This document shows positions 49,008-49,622 of a stretch of DNA of 49,622 bases, one piece after another. Position numbers and translations under genes: made by a program. Numbering within the stretch: the first letter of the stretch is position 1; each line of letters opens with the position of its first letter. Origin of the DNA: Catajapyx aquilonaris. Taxonomy: Eukaryota. The stretch is from the NCBI GenBank assembly GCA_000934665.2, contig JYFJ02002869.1, positions 1 to 49,622 of the forward strand, given 5' to 3'. Under the pieces are notes generated by a model. It did no database searches, had not been told where the DNA came from, and was given only the letters and a program-made list of their open reading frames with translations.

Positions 49008-49080
49008 CAGTGGTTTTCAAACTGGGGTACTGTACGTGTACCCCTGGGGGTACGCGAACACAATTTTGGAGGTACGAGAA
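49008..49080. mobile_element. Isolated hAT-MITE-like end
   Basis: CAGTGGTTTTCAAACTGGGGTAC...TACCCCTGGGGGTACGCG resembles the TIR at 47146. Partner end not found. Confidence 0.4.
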
Positions 49081-49622
49081 AGATTTTGGCCAATGGCGTC
49101 CAGTCACTACATTTGTGGAAACCCTAATATTCTGATTCAACCATCTGAAGGAACCAACTGCTGAGAAAACACAAAAAATGGTCCTACTTATTCCCATCTT
49201 TCGTTTTGCTATTATTACAGTTGCATCCGGATATACCAGACTTTAAGGGACCGAGGAAAATAATCAATCTGTTATAACCGAAAGTATGTTACAGCCGAAT
49301 CTGTTATGTCCGGATTCAACTCTATTATTTTAGGGAAGATTTATTATATATACAGGGCATTTTCATGGAAGCCTATCCGGGCCTGGCTACCAGTGATCTG
49401 AAGTACTTAATACCATTTACTAACTGCCTAATTACGTGAAGCTTACAGTATTTTTGCGTTGACGTCCATGAAACCGAAGTACCGTCATCGACTCTATGTT
49501 GAGAAAGACCTCAGTCTTTACGCCATTTGTGAAAGAAAGAAATCACATCCATCGCACTAACTGATAGGACGGTGCCCACAATTACAATTTTCAGGTAGCC
49601 TAACAGGTCGGAGTGGGGGGGG

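Noticed and set aside
44810..49622. Search for the Lip7 signal-peptide exon and other genes, including ORFs 45779-46237 and 46673-47071
   Set aside because: No convincing ATG-hydrophobic-phase-1-donor exon or protein motif was found by eye.

Overview
Eukaryotic, probably arthropod or other invertebrate, genomic DNA with short (about 55-90 nt) GT-AG introns; no prokaryotic features. Most of the window is a tandem array of nine pancreatic-lipase-family (PLRP/phospholipase A1-like) loci sharing a 9-exon plan. Four look intact (Lip1, Lip2b, Lip5, Lip6), one is truncated near its C-terminus (Lip2a), three are pseudogenes (Lip3a, Lip3b, Lip4), and one minus-strand copy (Lip7) carries a large Gln/Gly/Tyr-rich tandem-repeat N-terminal exon. 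A segmental duplication (about 6609-13185 and 23724-29990) brackets a foreign block containing a decayed C-type lectin gene fused to Lip3a and two minus-strand ELOVL fatty-acid elongase genes. Mobile DNA includes a CACTA/CMC-like element confirmed by an empty site, two MITEs with 8-bp TSDs, two tRNA-derived SINEs, a long-inverted-repeat element and a dispersed 630-bp repeat. Lip1-7 and ELOVL-A/B are my own labels. Exon boundaries were read by eye from splice consensus and paralog alignment, with no transcript or database support.
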